Assembly (NCBI GenBank): GCA_951406725.2
Contig: OX597827.1
Span: 23,250,001-23,314,000, forward strand
Origin: Octopus vulgaris
Taxonomy: Eukaryota
Length of the DNA stretch: 64,000 bases
Direction: 5' to 3'
The stretch's first letter is position 1. Every line of letters starts with the position of its first letter. The position numbers and the translations under genes are program-made. The notes under the pieces were generated by a model. The model was not told where the DNA came from, ran no database searches, and saw only the letters and a program-made list of their open reading frames with translations. Of the stretch, positions 25,817 to 39,407 are shown piece by piece.

Positions 25817-26619
25817 ATTAAGGTAAAAGTTTTTATTTTCCAATCACTTTCGGAATTACAACAACTGGTGGCTTGGAGTTTTAACTGCTCTTTCTAGCGA
25901 GTCAGATATCCTATTCTTCAGGAATCTCTTTTGTGTTTGAAAGTACACTGTATTCTTATATATATATATATATATATCCCCCCCCTCCGCTGCAGTTTTT
26001 TTTCCTTAACCCCCCCCCTTTTTGTACACACACGCACACACATACACACACCCACTCACACACACACATTTGCATATATATATACATTACACTTACACAC
26101 ACTTCAAATTTACTTGCCATACACACAACTACGCACACTGGACACACACACACTACCACTCAACACACACACTGGCACGTTACATACGCCCCCACCCTTT
26201 CCCTCCTTCCCTTCTTCCCTCCTTCCTCCTTTTTTTACCACTGACCACTCACTTGAGACTTGCTATGTCATCTGTTCGCCCTGCACGCACTAACATATAC
26301 ATATTTTTGTTTTTTTATCTCGCCTCACACACACATACACACACGCACACGCACACACTCACACATACATACACACGCACACACACATACCTCCCTTTTC
26401 TGATCAGCCTTTCTGACTTGCTAGGGTACCCCCACACCACTCCTTTAATTCTACTACTGCCTGCTACTAGCCATTGTCCACCATACACACACATACACAC
26501 ACACGCACACACTCACACACACACCCTTGTCATCTCGCACACCTTTTTTACCACTCCCTCTTTGATTCAGCTCTCCTGTTTTTAAACATTTTCCTCCTTT
26601 TTTACCACTTCCGTCTTTT

Positions 26620-26955
26620 TAGTATGTGACCTCGTGAAGACTACCTGCAATTTTTTTCCCTCTGTCCTCCCGTCTCGGGATCTTTCTTTCTCCTATGTTT
26701 CCGACGAAGAGCTCCGCAGGTTTTATGTCGGAGTTATCCCAGTTACCTGAGTTACCTTCTCCTAGAAGGATGCCCTAGCAAAGGCTAGGAGTCCTACACT
26801 CCCAATGGTTTAACCGCGTGATCGGGTATTCAGTCCGATTATTTGTATGTCCCCGCGCATGATACAGCCTTCTTCCATTTTCCTGAGCGCCTAATAATAA
26901 TAATACTGTAATTGTTCCACGTGTTGTTGTTTTTTCTGTTTTCCCGTTTGGATTA

Positions 26956-26960
<5 letters not shown>
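26620..26960 (+). mobile_element. Penelope-like 3' end (same family as 53585-53805) disrupted by a templated insertion
   Basis: Collinear with the reverse complement of 53585-53805 on both sides of a 158-bp insert; ends in (TA)n. Confidence 0.7.
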
Positions 26961-27004
<44 letters not shown>

Positions 27005-27394
27005 CTATATTGTACTTTCTGAGAGTCTACCAGTAATAAAAAGTTAACAGTGATCATTTAGATTTTTAATTAGTCAATAATTTAAATACTGATTAGTTTT
27101 TAAATCTTTCTCCAGATAATTAAGGAGGCCAAAGTTGCGTGATGAATCATTAATTAAGTGATTAATTAATTAATTCAACAGAATTAAACTATAATCATTA
27201 AAGAATGCCTCTTCCAAGTTACGTTAGTAGTTGTTTCAATAAACGCTTTGACATCAAGAATTTTGCAAAGCAAATTGAAAACATTCGCACACACATAAAT
27301 GTCATACATACGCATGTGTCTGTACATACACACACACGCACATACATACATACATACATACATACATTCATACGTACATACGTACATACATACA

Positions 27395-27430
<36 letters not shown>

Positions 27431-27580
27431 TATATATTTCAAAAATTTAACAAAAAAACAACAAACGGAACATTTTTACAAAACAACACGATAGCGATTT
27501 CACTGAGCCGACCTTGGTGCTTTACTCGTTAAGAATCGGAATCGCTTGAATCTTAAAATTTAAACACACACACACGCACG

Positions 27581-27638
<58 letters not shown>

Positions 27639-28370
27639 TGTAAGTATGTATGTATGTATGTACGTACGTACGTACGTATGTATGTATGTATGTATGTATG
27701 TATGTATGTATGTATGTATGTATGTGCGTAGAGTCTATAACCATCCACGAAATGAAAGAGCTCTAATTGAATGTCCTTGCGAAAACCTGATTAAGATTCT
27801 TTTATTCTTTTATTTGTTTCAGTCATTTGACTGCGTCCATGCTGGAGTACCGCCTTTAGTCGAAGAAATCGATACCAGGACTTATTTTTTTAAAACCTAG
27901 TATTTATTCTATCGGTCTCTTTTGCCGAACCGCCAAGTTACGAGGACGTAAACACACTAACATCGGTTATCAAACGACGGTGGGGGGACAAACACAGACA
28001 CACAAATGTATACACTCACATATAAGACGGGCTTCTTTCAGTTTCCGTCTACCAAATCCACTCACAAGGCTTTGGTTGGTCCGAGGCCATAGTAGAAGAC
28101 ACTTGCTCAAGGCGCCATACAGTAGGACTGAACCCGGAACCATGTGGTTGGTATGCAAGCTACTTACCACACAGCCACTCCTGCTAATATGCTGATATTT
28201 GTTATAGTTTAATTAGCTATTCCGCTTCTGGTTCTCAGAACCCTAATTTCTCAAGATTGATACTGAAACAGTTTGTTACAAAACCCAGTACCCCAATAAC
28301 CACGGGTATAAATCTGAATTTGTAGTCCGGGTGACGTCGTATGCGAATATGACAGAGCAGATATGGTGAT

Positions 28371-28625
28371 TTGGGACGGAGAAGAGAAACTACGAACAGT
28401 AGTGGGAACCAGTTGCTCGGCAGATGTCAGCAGAAAGCTAAAGATCTGAGTGAAAAAGAAAACACGAGTAATGTGCAACGACGTCACTCGGACGTCAAGT
28501 TTAGATTTATACCCGTGGTTATTGGGGCACTGGGTTTTGTAAAGAACTGTCCCAGGTTCAATCTTGAGAAATTAGGGTTCCCTGAACCAGAAGCAAAATG
28601 GATAATTAAACGATACAAGCCACCA
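28371..28625 (+). mobile_element. RLE-type (R4/Dong-like) non-LTR retrotransposon C-terminal fragment; continues at ~29080-29145 after a SINE insertion
   Basis: SEKENT...DVKFRFIPVVIGALGFV...LEKLGF; homologous to 63240-63473. Confidence 0.65.
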
Positions 28626-28637
28626 ATGAAACTATCT

Positions 28638-28799
28638 AGGCGTAGGAGTGGGTGTGTGGTGAGTAGCTTGCTTACCAACCACATGGTTCCAGGTTCAGTC
28701 CCATTGCATGGCACCTTGGGCAAGTGTCTTCCACTATAACCTCGGGCCGACCAAAGCCTTGTGAGTGGATTTGGTAGACGGAAACTGAAAGAAGACCGT

Positions 28800-28849
<50 letters not shown>

Positions 28850-29068
28850 CATGTGTGTGTGTGTATGTTTGTGTGTCTCTGTTTGGTCCCCCCCACTAAC
28901 ATCGCTTGACAACCGATGCTGGTGTGTTTACGTCCCCGTAACTTAGCGGTTCGGCAAAAAGTGACTGATAGAATAAGTACTAGGAAAGAATAAGTCCTGG
29001 GGTCGATTTGCTCGACTAAAGGCGGTGCTCCAGTATGGCCACAGTCAAATGATTGAAACAAGTAAAAG
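28638..29068 (+). mobile_element. full-length family A (CORE-type) SINE
   Basis: ggcgtaggagtgg head, ggttcagtccc B-box-like, gcaccttgggcaagtg, tail tgaaacaagtaaaaga. Other copies at 27803-28184(-), 29150-29354(-), 34228-34543(-), 35805-35970(-), 55662-56285(+), 56690-57025(+). Confidence 0.85.
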
Positions 29069-29419
29069 AGGGTAAAGAGATATGTAAAACTTTCGAAAAG
29101 TCTAGCATATAAGCAGAAATGCACATGTCTGGTCATGAAACTATAGGTATGGTGGGGGGACAAACACAGACACACAAACGTATACACACACATATACGAC
29201 GGGCTTCTTTCAGTTTCCGTCCACCAAATCCACTCACAAGGCTTTAGTTGGTCCGAGGCTATAGTAGAAGACACTTGCCCAAAGCGCTATACAGTAGGAC
29301 TGAACCCGGAACCATGTGGTTGGTATGCAAGCTACTTACCACACAGCCACTCCTGCTAATATACACCGAATGAAAAAATACTTATCTGAACATACCTGAA
29401 TTCAAATAAAACATTTGAA

Positions 29420-29830
29420 TTCTGTTGTGTCTGGGAAGAGTCATTTTCTTTTTGTGCCTTATAATATAACACACTCACCGGTAAAATTTCCACTTTCTTC
29501 TTATTTTTATTTTCCTAAAATTTTCGTTGCGTAGTCAAAACTATTGAAAAGGCTGCAAGACGCAATGAAATTTTTAGGAAAATAAAAATAATAAATAAGT
29601 GGAAATTTTACATTGTAAGGCACAAAAAGAAAATGACTCTCCTCAGACACAACAAAATATGCTTCAACACACGAAATCATATAAAGAATCTTGCAAACCA
29701 AATCCCAAAACGAAATATATATCAGAACATACCCTAAATTCAGACACTGCACACATACACTGAAACATGCAAATACCCTGTTGATAATGAAATTCCGATG
29801 AAGGAAACCAACTGTTTTGATCATTGACCA
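29420..29830 (+). mobile_element. repeat with an inverted terminal segment (probable Penelope-like; related copy at 33262-33516)
   Basis: 29420-29531 is the inverted copy of ~29559-29657; the same family and architecture occur at 33262-33516. Confidence 0.5.
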
Positions 29831-30914
29831 AAAATTTAGAAATAAAAACGAATAATGACATAGATACATTCATACATAGTACGTTCTCACATGGTACACA
29901 CATACATTCATACAAACATACGTACATACATACGTGCGTACGTACGTAGTACATACATACATCTGCTTCGGTAGGTGGACAGACGCTGTATAAACTCTAA
30001 AATGACGCCCCGAATCATTTAAATACTCCCCACACATCAACAGACTTCGCCTACGACACATAAAAGAATATTTCATGACATCAAAAATAATAACAGCAAT
30101 AACAATGAAAACCATAAGAAATTTAGAAATAATATGCAACAATGTTACTCAGAGACAGTGCAGAAACGAACTTTGGTACTCTCTCTTCGTTCTTACTTTA
30201 TTATTCCACTTGTCAGGACTTCGTGATTTTCTAAATTTAAAACGCAAAACACTTTTTTTTAAAAGTTTTGTCTTTTGGCGGGCTCAGAGATCGTTTTCAA
30301 ACGGAACAATAATTTATATCTCTGGGTTCTTTTCTTTTCTTCTTTGTTGCAGTCAATACGTGAATGAATTTCATGGCATGAAGTGGCTTTATGCATTTCT
30401 TTTCCTCTTCGTTTCTTTTCTTTATCTTTTTTTTTTTAAATATAATTCCATAATTCCTACACAACGACAGATTCCTTAAGGCAATTTCTGTTCAACAGTC
30501 GATGAAAAAGAAAATAAGACAAAACAATACAAGTGATATTGTTTTTCACATGTCTGCGCGCGCGAGTGTGTATGCATACATACATACGTACAAGCACACA
30601 CACATACACACACATACATACATATGTGTATATGTGTGTGTGCATATATATATATGTATATATATATGCGTATACATATATATATATATATGTATGTATA
30701 AATACACACATATATACGTATGTGTGTATTTATTTATTTATGCTAGTGAAAATGGTTAACTTTGAAGACCATTGATTTTTCTTTCCAATTTCAGAAGTTA
30801 TTGATTTTATTTTCGTATATTTAAGACCTAAAAAATACTATTGATAAAATATTTAATGACAAGAGTAGTAGGGATTTATGTATGCACGTACGTACGTGTA
30901 TATATATATATATA

Positions 30915-31800
30915 GGGAAAAGAAAGAAAAATAAACGAAAATGCACATTGTAAATAAAAAAGTGAAGACTTTTTATGAAAAATAACGAAACTGTGGAACA
31001 TGCCCCCACCTTTTGGAAGGTTCAGAATTCCATTTTAAATAAGGTGAACTATTTAAGATCAAATCAAATTTCACCTGTGCCTCAGAAAATCTACTCTATG
31101 CCATGACATGCTTAGGATGTGGTAACAACTATATTGGGTAAACAGGAATATCACTCCGTCGAAGAACCACTATCCACAAAGAACAAATCCGCCACCCACA
31201 ATACAGACTGTTAAAGGTTAGTGAACACATAGAAAGGTGTGCTAGGAATCTTAATCCTAATTTCCAAATTTTCAAATTCTATCAATGTTCACAGAACATC
31301 TCAATGCAACAAAGAATGAATAAAGAGGCAACTTTCATCAATAAATATCTTCCCCAGCTAAATATGAACACATGACATAATACAGAACACTACTAACCTT
31401 TCAATTAATACCACCAACCCCCCCATAATCCCTTACACCATTCACATTACAATTCTATATCTAACCTAATTGCACCAAATCTAGAACTACTTACCTCCCT
31501 TACAAATAATCTTTTTACTCAGGAACTATTAGACCTGACACCTATCATTAATCGGTGTGCATTCAAAGCAATGAAGAGTAACTTACGAAACCGCCGGTAT
31601 GCTTGAATCTCTTTAATAATCTCACAATGACTTTTATTACTTTTATTCCTACCTCAGTTCATCTAATTGTATATATCTTTCGGTATTTTTCATAAAAAGC
31701 CTTTGCATTTTTATTTACAATGTGCATTTTCGTTTATATTTCTTACTTTCCCCTTACATTACCATGTGTAGTTTCTATTTTCTTTTTGTAACATATTTCT
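30915..31800 (+). mobile_element. 5'-truncated Penelope-like element: GIY-YIG endonuclease remnant, hammerhead-like motif and 5' inversion
   Basis: 30989-31375 reads NCGTCPHL...IKSNFTCASENLLYAMTCLGCGNNYIG*TGISLRRRTTIH...KEATFINKYLPQLN* (two stops); 30915-30990 is the inverted copy of 31678-31752; flanked by (TA)n. Confidence 0.9.
31561..31608 (+). ncRNA. type I hammerhead-like ribozyme (C3A variant)
   Basis: Stem I ATTCAAAGCA/TGCTTGAAT; core ATGAAGA; stem II GTA-act-TAC; GAAA; stem III ACC-gcc-GGT; cleavage triplet GUA. Confidence 0.65.
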
Positions 31801-31820
31801 TTTATATATATATATATTTC

Positions 31821-31891
<71 letters not shown>

Positions 31892-32528
31892 AAAAAAGGT
31901 TTGAAAATGCAATTTAAACGATGTTTATTTACTTAACCGGTTTCACTCTTTGGTAAAAGATTGTCAAAAGTAACATTAAAAGTATCATTGAATAATATGG
32001 GTTCAAAAAAGTTTTTTAAATAATTGTCACATTGAATATTATGCATTCAAAAAAGTTTTTTACATAATTGTCACATTGGATATTATGAATTCAAAAATGT
32101 TTTTTTATACAAAATTGTCACATTACATGTATAAATATAGTGTTTGGTAACAGAGAAGTTCAATAGTGTGATGAGAATATTTGGAAAAATTGGCAGAAAA
32201 GGATAAAACATATATTATTGGAAATTTGGTTGCGTTAATTATTGGTTGTCGCAAATTGTCACATTACATGTATATATATACAGTCTTTGGTATATATATA
32301 CAATATTTTGACAGCAAAAATTAAAATGGATTTTTTATACATCTCAGAATAGTTTAAGTTGAAGGCGAGAATGTGTTGTTACTAACCTGTTTGTTTTAGC
32401 AGAAAGGTTGAATTGAGAGAAAAAAGGTTGTACCCAGTGTGGTGTATACTCCCCTTCAAGCATCAATGGTTTTGGGGTTATCAGGAGGTTAGTATGCCTG
32501 CTGGTCAAGCAGTGTCTGTTTGTCACAC

Positions 32529-32569
<41 letters not shown>

Positions 32570-33773
32570 TACAATTGCCAAATACAATTGCCGCTGTTGT
32601 TGTTGCTGTTGTTGCTGTTGCTGTTGCTGTTGCTGCAGCTGCTGTTGTCGTTTGGCTCCAGCTCCGATCTGATTGAGCAGTCCTACGTCACACGGTTACT
32701 TGGCTGGGCAAAAACGTGTGACCCACCGTTGCACCTGTCTAATTACACTAATTACCGCCTTAGCGAGGGCCATACTGCACACTCCGACACCCAGTCATTA
32801 AACGTATGAGGTGGGGGCGTATCTGGGTGGATATGCTACTCTGTCTCCGCCACCCACAATCAGGAAAAAGAAATAGAAAAAAGAGAGACAAAAGAGGTTT
32901 TGCCGGAAGCTAGCAAGTGTATGGGGTCATCAGGAGAGAATGCGCGCCATTTCGGGGCCTACTCCTCGACAGCACCATTACGCACTGGCCCACCTCTCTG
33001 ATATGAGGCCCCGCTTGCTAGATCAACTGGTTATCAAATAAAGCTCAATATTCTTCTAGCCATCGCTCATCGTCTCTTTTTAACCAAATCCAGTGGTTAG
33101 CCTTTTTCACTGTAGTTTGGATATTGGTCATGGTGGTATTGACTTTTCGATGAGTAAGGCCTAACGATAACAACAGTCGTCTCACACTGTGTCCAACAAA
33201 CCCTGCAGCAAAGAAGAAGCATTCCATCAACCGGAAGAAAATAAGTGACAAACATTGAGAACGTATTTCGTTTCTGGATTTGGTTTGCAAGATTCTTTAT
33301 ATGAGTTCGTGTGTTGAAGCATATTCTGTTGTGTCTGGGGAGAGTCATTTTCTATTTGTGCCTTATAATGTAACACACTCGCCGGTAAAATTTCCACTTA
33401 TTTGTTATTTTAATTTTCCTAAAATGTTCGTTGCGTCTTGCAACCTTTTCAATAGTCTTGAGTGTGTTACATTATAAGGCACAAAAAGAAAATGACTCTC
33501 CCCAGACACAACAGAATTGAGAACGTAAACAACAGAGATAGACTGAACACAGGCAAATATAAGAAGGGCATGCTTGTCATAGAATCACTTTTGTGAAGAA
33601 ACGAAACCGTCCTGCGGCGTTCAGTTGTAGCGATGTCTTGTATACACTCTACCGCCCAATACAATAATCAGATTCTTTTTTTATCTATTGACAAAGTTTT
33701 TATATATTGACAAAGTTAATTTACATAAAATCTCTAAATTCATTCACTCCCGCGCATATACACTTACATCTAC

Positions 33774-33820
<47 letters not shown>

Positions 33821-34903
33821 AATACACTTATATCCACCTCTACAAAGACACACACACACACACACACATTTATGAATGTGTGTGTATGGAAATGTAGAGT
33901 TGATTGATGTGAATAATATTAATGGAAACATACGTGTGTTTAGCAATGGAATGATGTACAGACTTTTTGCGCGCGCACGCGAGAAAGAAAGAGAATGGGC
34001 GAAGCCTTAGGCGCACACAAATGCAGAATAGGTACGTGTGTGTGTCCGTGTGCGCACGTTTGTGTGCGTGTAGGTGTGTGAGTGGTAGTGTCTGTGATTG
34101 CATGCCTGTATGTGTGCTTGAATACATGGCTAGGTACACGTGTGAATGCTTCTTTTAAGACACATACACACACACACACAGCTCACGATATATTCTTTTA
34201 TTCTTTTATTCTTTTAAAAAAGAATAATTCTTTCAGTCATTTGACTACGGCCATGTTGGAGCACTGCCTTTGGTCGAAAAAATCGACCCCAAGACTTATT
34301 TTTAAAAATCCTAATACTTATTCCATCGTTTTTTTTTACTGAACCGCTAAGTTACGGGGACGTAACCACACCAAGATCGATTGCTAAGTGATGGTGGGTG
34401 GAACAAACACAAACACAAATACCTACATCCACACACACACACACATACATATATGTGCTTGCCCTAAGTGTCACGCAGTGGGACCTGAACCCAGAACCGT
34501 GTAGTTGGGAGGCAAGCTTCTACCACATAGCCACGCCTGCGCCTGTACATAATTTTAGTGGATGTGTACTTGTAAGCAAAAAGTGCATGTACACACAAAC
34601 ACACACACACACACACATACACACACACATACACACACGCATACACATATACACATGTAGGCATGGTCGCAAGTGATTACTCATGTGAAGGGAAAATTGA
34701 TTGCAACATGCCAACGCACTTGTTGCGTGTGAGCGAGGTTTTAATAATTCAGAGTGCGTCTGCCTTTCATAATTTCTTCTGTCTAAGCAGAGTAAAGAAT
34801 GGCAGAAATATTCATACACAAACGCCGCCCTCCCACTCCCCCCCCACTCCCCACCCCCACACATACATACATACATATATATACATATACATATATATAT
34901 ACA

Positions 34904-34964
<61 letters not shown>

Positions 34965-35087
34965 ACATATACATACACACACATTTATACATATACACAT
35001 ACATATATATATATATACATATATACATATACATACATACACACATATATATACAGATACACATATACATATATATATGTGTATATA

Positions 35088-35147
<60 letters not shown>

Positions 35148-35166
35148 CATATGTATAGTGTATCTG

Positions 35167-35209
<43 letters not shown>

Positions 35210-35521
35210 ATGTATTATGTATACGTATTATATATATGTATGTATACGTATTATATATGTATATATGTGTGTGTATGCATGTTTATACACACATATATAT
35301 ATTATATTGCATACACACACACACGTGTGTGTGTGTGTAATAGTTGAATGTATGCGTGAGAGGGAGAACGTGACTGTATGCGTACCTCGGCTTATGGCTG
35401 AAGCATCATTTCAAGAGGTCCTCCACTCTGACTGTCGCGAGGAGATGATTGCAGGGACTAATAAGCGATCGAGCGCGTCAAGATATAATGTCCACGTAGA
35501 CACTCACACGCACACTCACTA

Positions 35522-35580
<59 letters not shown>

Positions 35581-35703
35581 GACACACACACACACACATG
35601 CACGCACGCACGCATGCATGCACACACAAACACACGCACGCACACAGACAGACACACACACTCAAATATACACATTCGTAGATTTAAACATACATTATAC
35701 ATT

Positions 35704-35798
<95 letters not shown>

Positions 35799-36210
35799 AT
35801 ATCTATTGTTTCAGTCATTAGACTGCGGCCATGCTGGGGCACCGCCTTGAAAAATTTCTTAGTCGACCAGAGTACTTTTTTAAAAACCTAGTACGTATTC
35901 TATCGGTTTTTTTTTGCCGAACCGCTATGCTACGGGGACCTGAACACTCCGATACTGGTTGTCAAGTGGGGAACAACCACAGACCCCCCCCCCCCACACA
36001 CACACATGTATGCTGTCATTTACCGAAGATTACAAATTCGACCTTTATGATGTTCTCTTCAAGGAAATGTTGGTCTTTTCCTCAGAAGCAAATGTCTGGG
36101 AATATGAAATACAAGCATAATCCATTTTAGCATCCAATCTGATTCATTTCATTTATTTGATGAAAATTTATTGAACTTTGTTTAATAAATTAGCTTTTAT
36201 ATATATATAT

Positions 36211-36258
36211 ATGACGAGGCAAAGCATTCCTAAATGCAAAGCCAGAAATCCGGGATCT
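36211..36258 (+). ncRNA. 5'-truncated hammerhead-like motif at the start of a (TA)n-flanked repeat (36211-36497)
   Basis: TGACGA-GGC-aaa-GCATT-ccta-AATGC-aaa-GCC-a-GAAA-TCCgGGA-TC; stem I and C3 lost at the (TA)n junction. Confidence 0.5.
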
Positions 36259-36512
36259 AGAATTATCCAGTAATTTTTTACTAGTTTTATCTTGTCTCTT
36301 TGTTTTCTCTCCGTGTTGATATATGGGGAATTAAAGTGGTTTTAAAGTCAGATCATGGCTGCTATTTTCAGCATGGGGGTATCTCGTAGATACCCTAATT
36401 TATAATTTTAACAATTATTACCTTTGAAGGTTATTTTTTTCCATGCTGGCCACTTGATAAAATCGTTATTTTATTTTAAATTAACGATCTTATCCTTATA
36501 TATATATATATG

Positions 36513-36546
<34 letters not shown>

Positions 36547-36584
36547 TGTATGTATGTATGTATGTATGTATGTATGTATGTATG

Positions 36585-36645
<61 letters not shown>

Positions 36646-37795
36646 CTTAATAGAATTAAAGGATAAAATCGCGTTAATGATTATATCAGGTAGTCAGCAT
36701 GCAATAAAAGTTTATAAGCAATTTATATATATTAAATTAGTAATTTAAGATCTAGTTGTTTCCTCAGGCGATATATGAATATTGTCTATGGGTTTCGAAC
36801 TTGTAAAATACTTCCGTCATACCATCATTTCCAACTTTTCAGTGGCCACACGTAGACAATATTCTGTGAATTCTTCGTTTGATCTCAGAAATCTGAGAAG
36901 TTAAGTCATAATTTATTTGAGAAAATAACAGTTTGGAAAGAATTCAGCTCTTTCCTAGACACAGTTACTAAAAAGTTCAAATTTTTACCGAGTTTTGGTA
37001 TAAACTCAACTGAAGTTCCAGAATTTTTCAGGAATCTTGTAATGGCGATACATTTCCCCCATTTCTTGCAAAATTCTTTAATAAGGACGTAAGAAGGCTT
37101 CCAAAATCTCAAGACAAATCCTATCTTTCTATGAGACCCAGTTTCTCTGCTTGGTGACCCTCTTTCTTTATTCGTCATTTCTTTCAGATCTAATATTTTT
37201 CATTCGCAAAACGAGCCCCCTTTAATTTTGCTCAGATTGCTTTCAGTTTTGGTGTATCGATGCAAAACTGAATTTTAATTACGGTCAACCAATTACTTTA
37301 TCTCGTAAATTAAAGAATCCGATGTTATTTAGAATTAAAGTTGGGGAAATTTGGGTAATTTTAGCCAATCAACAAACAGCGAAGCATTAACAGCTTGTTA
37401 CCATGACAACCGCACATTGTGTTGTGTTCCACCCGCATGTTGTGTTGATTCTTCACACCACGAGATTTACTTCACCCGCGTGTTTTGTTTTAATAAAAAT
37501 TTATATTTATCAATTAGAATTTTGTTATAGATATTTTTCGCCAATTTTACATATTTTTCATTTATAGCAAAAGTTGTTTGCGATGTTTATAGAGTTTCTT
37601 GGCATCATGAAGGTGAATGGAATATGGGAACTTAGTACAGGTAATTTGACATTCATTTTGAATCCTGCAAGAAAAACATATAAGATACAGGTATTCTTTT
37701 TCTTGGGACAAATTTTTTGGTGACCATTGTTAAGCTTATCGTAATTTACAAATCCAAGCATCAAAACGTTACTCAAGTTCGAAGTTTTGGAGACA

Positions 37796-37893
<98 letters not shown>

Positions 37894-38811
37894 AACAAAC
37901 ACACACACATACACACGGCAGAAACGTTAGCACGCCGGGCGAAACGTGTAGCCGTATTTCGTCTGTCGCTACGTTCTGAGTTCAAATTCCGCCGAGGTCG
38001 ACTTTGCCTTTCATCCTTTCGGGGTCGATAAATTAAGTACCAGTGCTTCACTGGGGTCGATATAATCGACTTAATCCGTTTGTCTGTCTTTGTTTGTCCC
38101 CTCTGTGTTTAGCCCCTTGTGGGTAGTAAAGAAATATATTTATTAGTGATGTACACAAATACATGACAGGTATACATAATACTGAAATACGCATAAAGTA
38201 AACATATGCAAATATATTAATATTACAAATTAAAAAAATAATTAAAAAAAACATACAATGAAGAGACAAAAGAAACAGTAAGATGATACATGTTGATTTT
38301 ATTAGGTATTTCTATTAGAAACCTACAATGAAGATATCATTTCATAGATGCTAAACTATAAATTTCACAGGGTACAACCTTAAAGTCGACACCGCTCCGC
38401 TAAACGCAGAAAATTTGTCTCGCTATTGACTATAAATACACAGTTTTTTCGATTTTGAAACCTCTGTAACTTTTCCTTCCAATTTTTTTCTCCATAACAT
38501 CATACCTTCATAGCAATTAGACTGGAAAACTTTATTATTATAGCCGATTTTCAGATTTGTAATTGTCTTTTTAAAAATGCATGTTTTGCGAATGAGAAAA
38601 AAACTAGATCCTTTCTTTCGAATATTTTCAAAACACTCCCACCACTATGAAGTAATTCTTCCACTTTTGGAAGCTGAGAAATGCTGGCATCTTCTGGAGC
38701 AGAGGTTTCTTAATTTTTTTTTACGAATTTCGGCTGCAAAGGAGGATAACCCAATATGTTCCCTCATCAACTGAGCCAGGCTGTCAAAATGCTCGTCAAC
38801 TGTTATATTGC

Positions 38812-38841
<30 letters not shown>

Positions 38842-38842
<1 letters not shown>

Positions 38843-39407
38843 CTTCTTCTTCTTCTTCTTCTTCTTCTTCTTCTTCTTCTTCTTCTTCTTCTTCTTCTTC
38901 TTCTTCTTCTTCTTCTTCTTCTTCTTCTTCCAATCAGGACTCACGCCATTACCCACAAAGAATAATCTCTAATTCGAGCCTACTCTAAGCTACTAAGAAT
39001 GCGTGTGGCAACTTGAAGATCCACCCATCACACGCAATAGACTGGCGGTTGCACGGGCGCGAAAGCTACGTTGTTATCTTCATTCTGTAAACGGTGGCTT
39101 TTTAACGGGTGGAGAGCTGAAGCATCCTGGGTTACAGAGGATTCGCAATCTAGACTAGGGTCTGAAAGTTTACCACACCATAGTGGGTTACACCATGGTT
39201 CCTCTGCTTTGTGACAGAAGTAGGACGAAAGAGTGAGAGAAAGTTGTGGTGAAAGAGTACTGCGGGGTTCACCACCATCCCCGCCGGAGCCACGTGGAGC
39301 TTAGGTATTTTTGCTCAATGAACACTCACAATGCCCGATCTGGGAATCGAAACCGCGTTCTTACGACCGCGAGTCCGATGTCCTAACCACTGGGCCAATG
39401 CGCCTCC
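38842..39407 (-). mobile_element. tRNA-Arg-like SINE (family C) ending in (GAA)n
   Basis: Minus strand GGAGGCGCATTGGCCCAGTGGTTAGG...GACTCGCGG...GTTTCGATTCCC; head-only copy at 58257-58344(-); a diverged tRNA-headed SINE at ~50445-50735(+). Confidence 0.75.

Noticed and set aside
36780-37450. Possible Crypton/tyrosine-recombinase remnant on the minus strand
   Set aside because: Only faint, frameshifted resemblance; cannot be supported without a profile search.
39330-39407. tRNA-Arg gene (also 58270-58344)
   Set aside because: No acceptor-stem 3' half or terminator; the sequence continues into a SINE body, so it is a SINE head.
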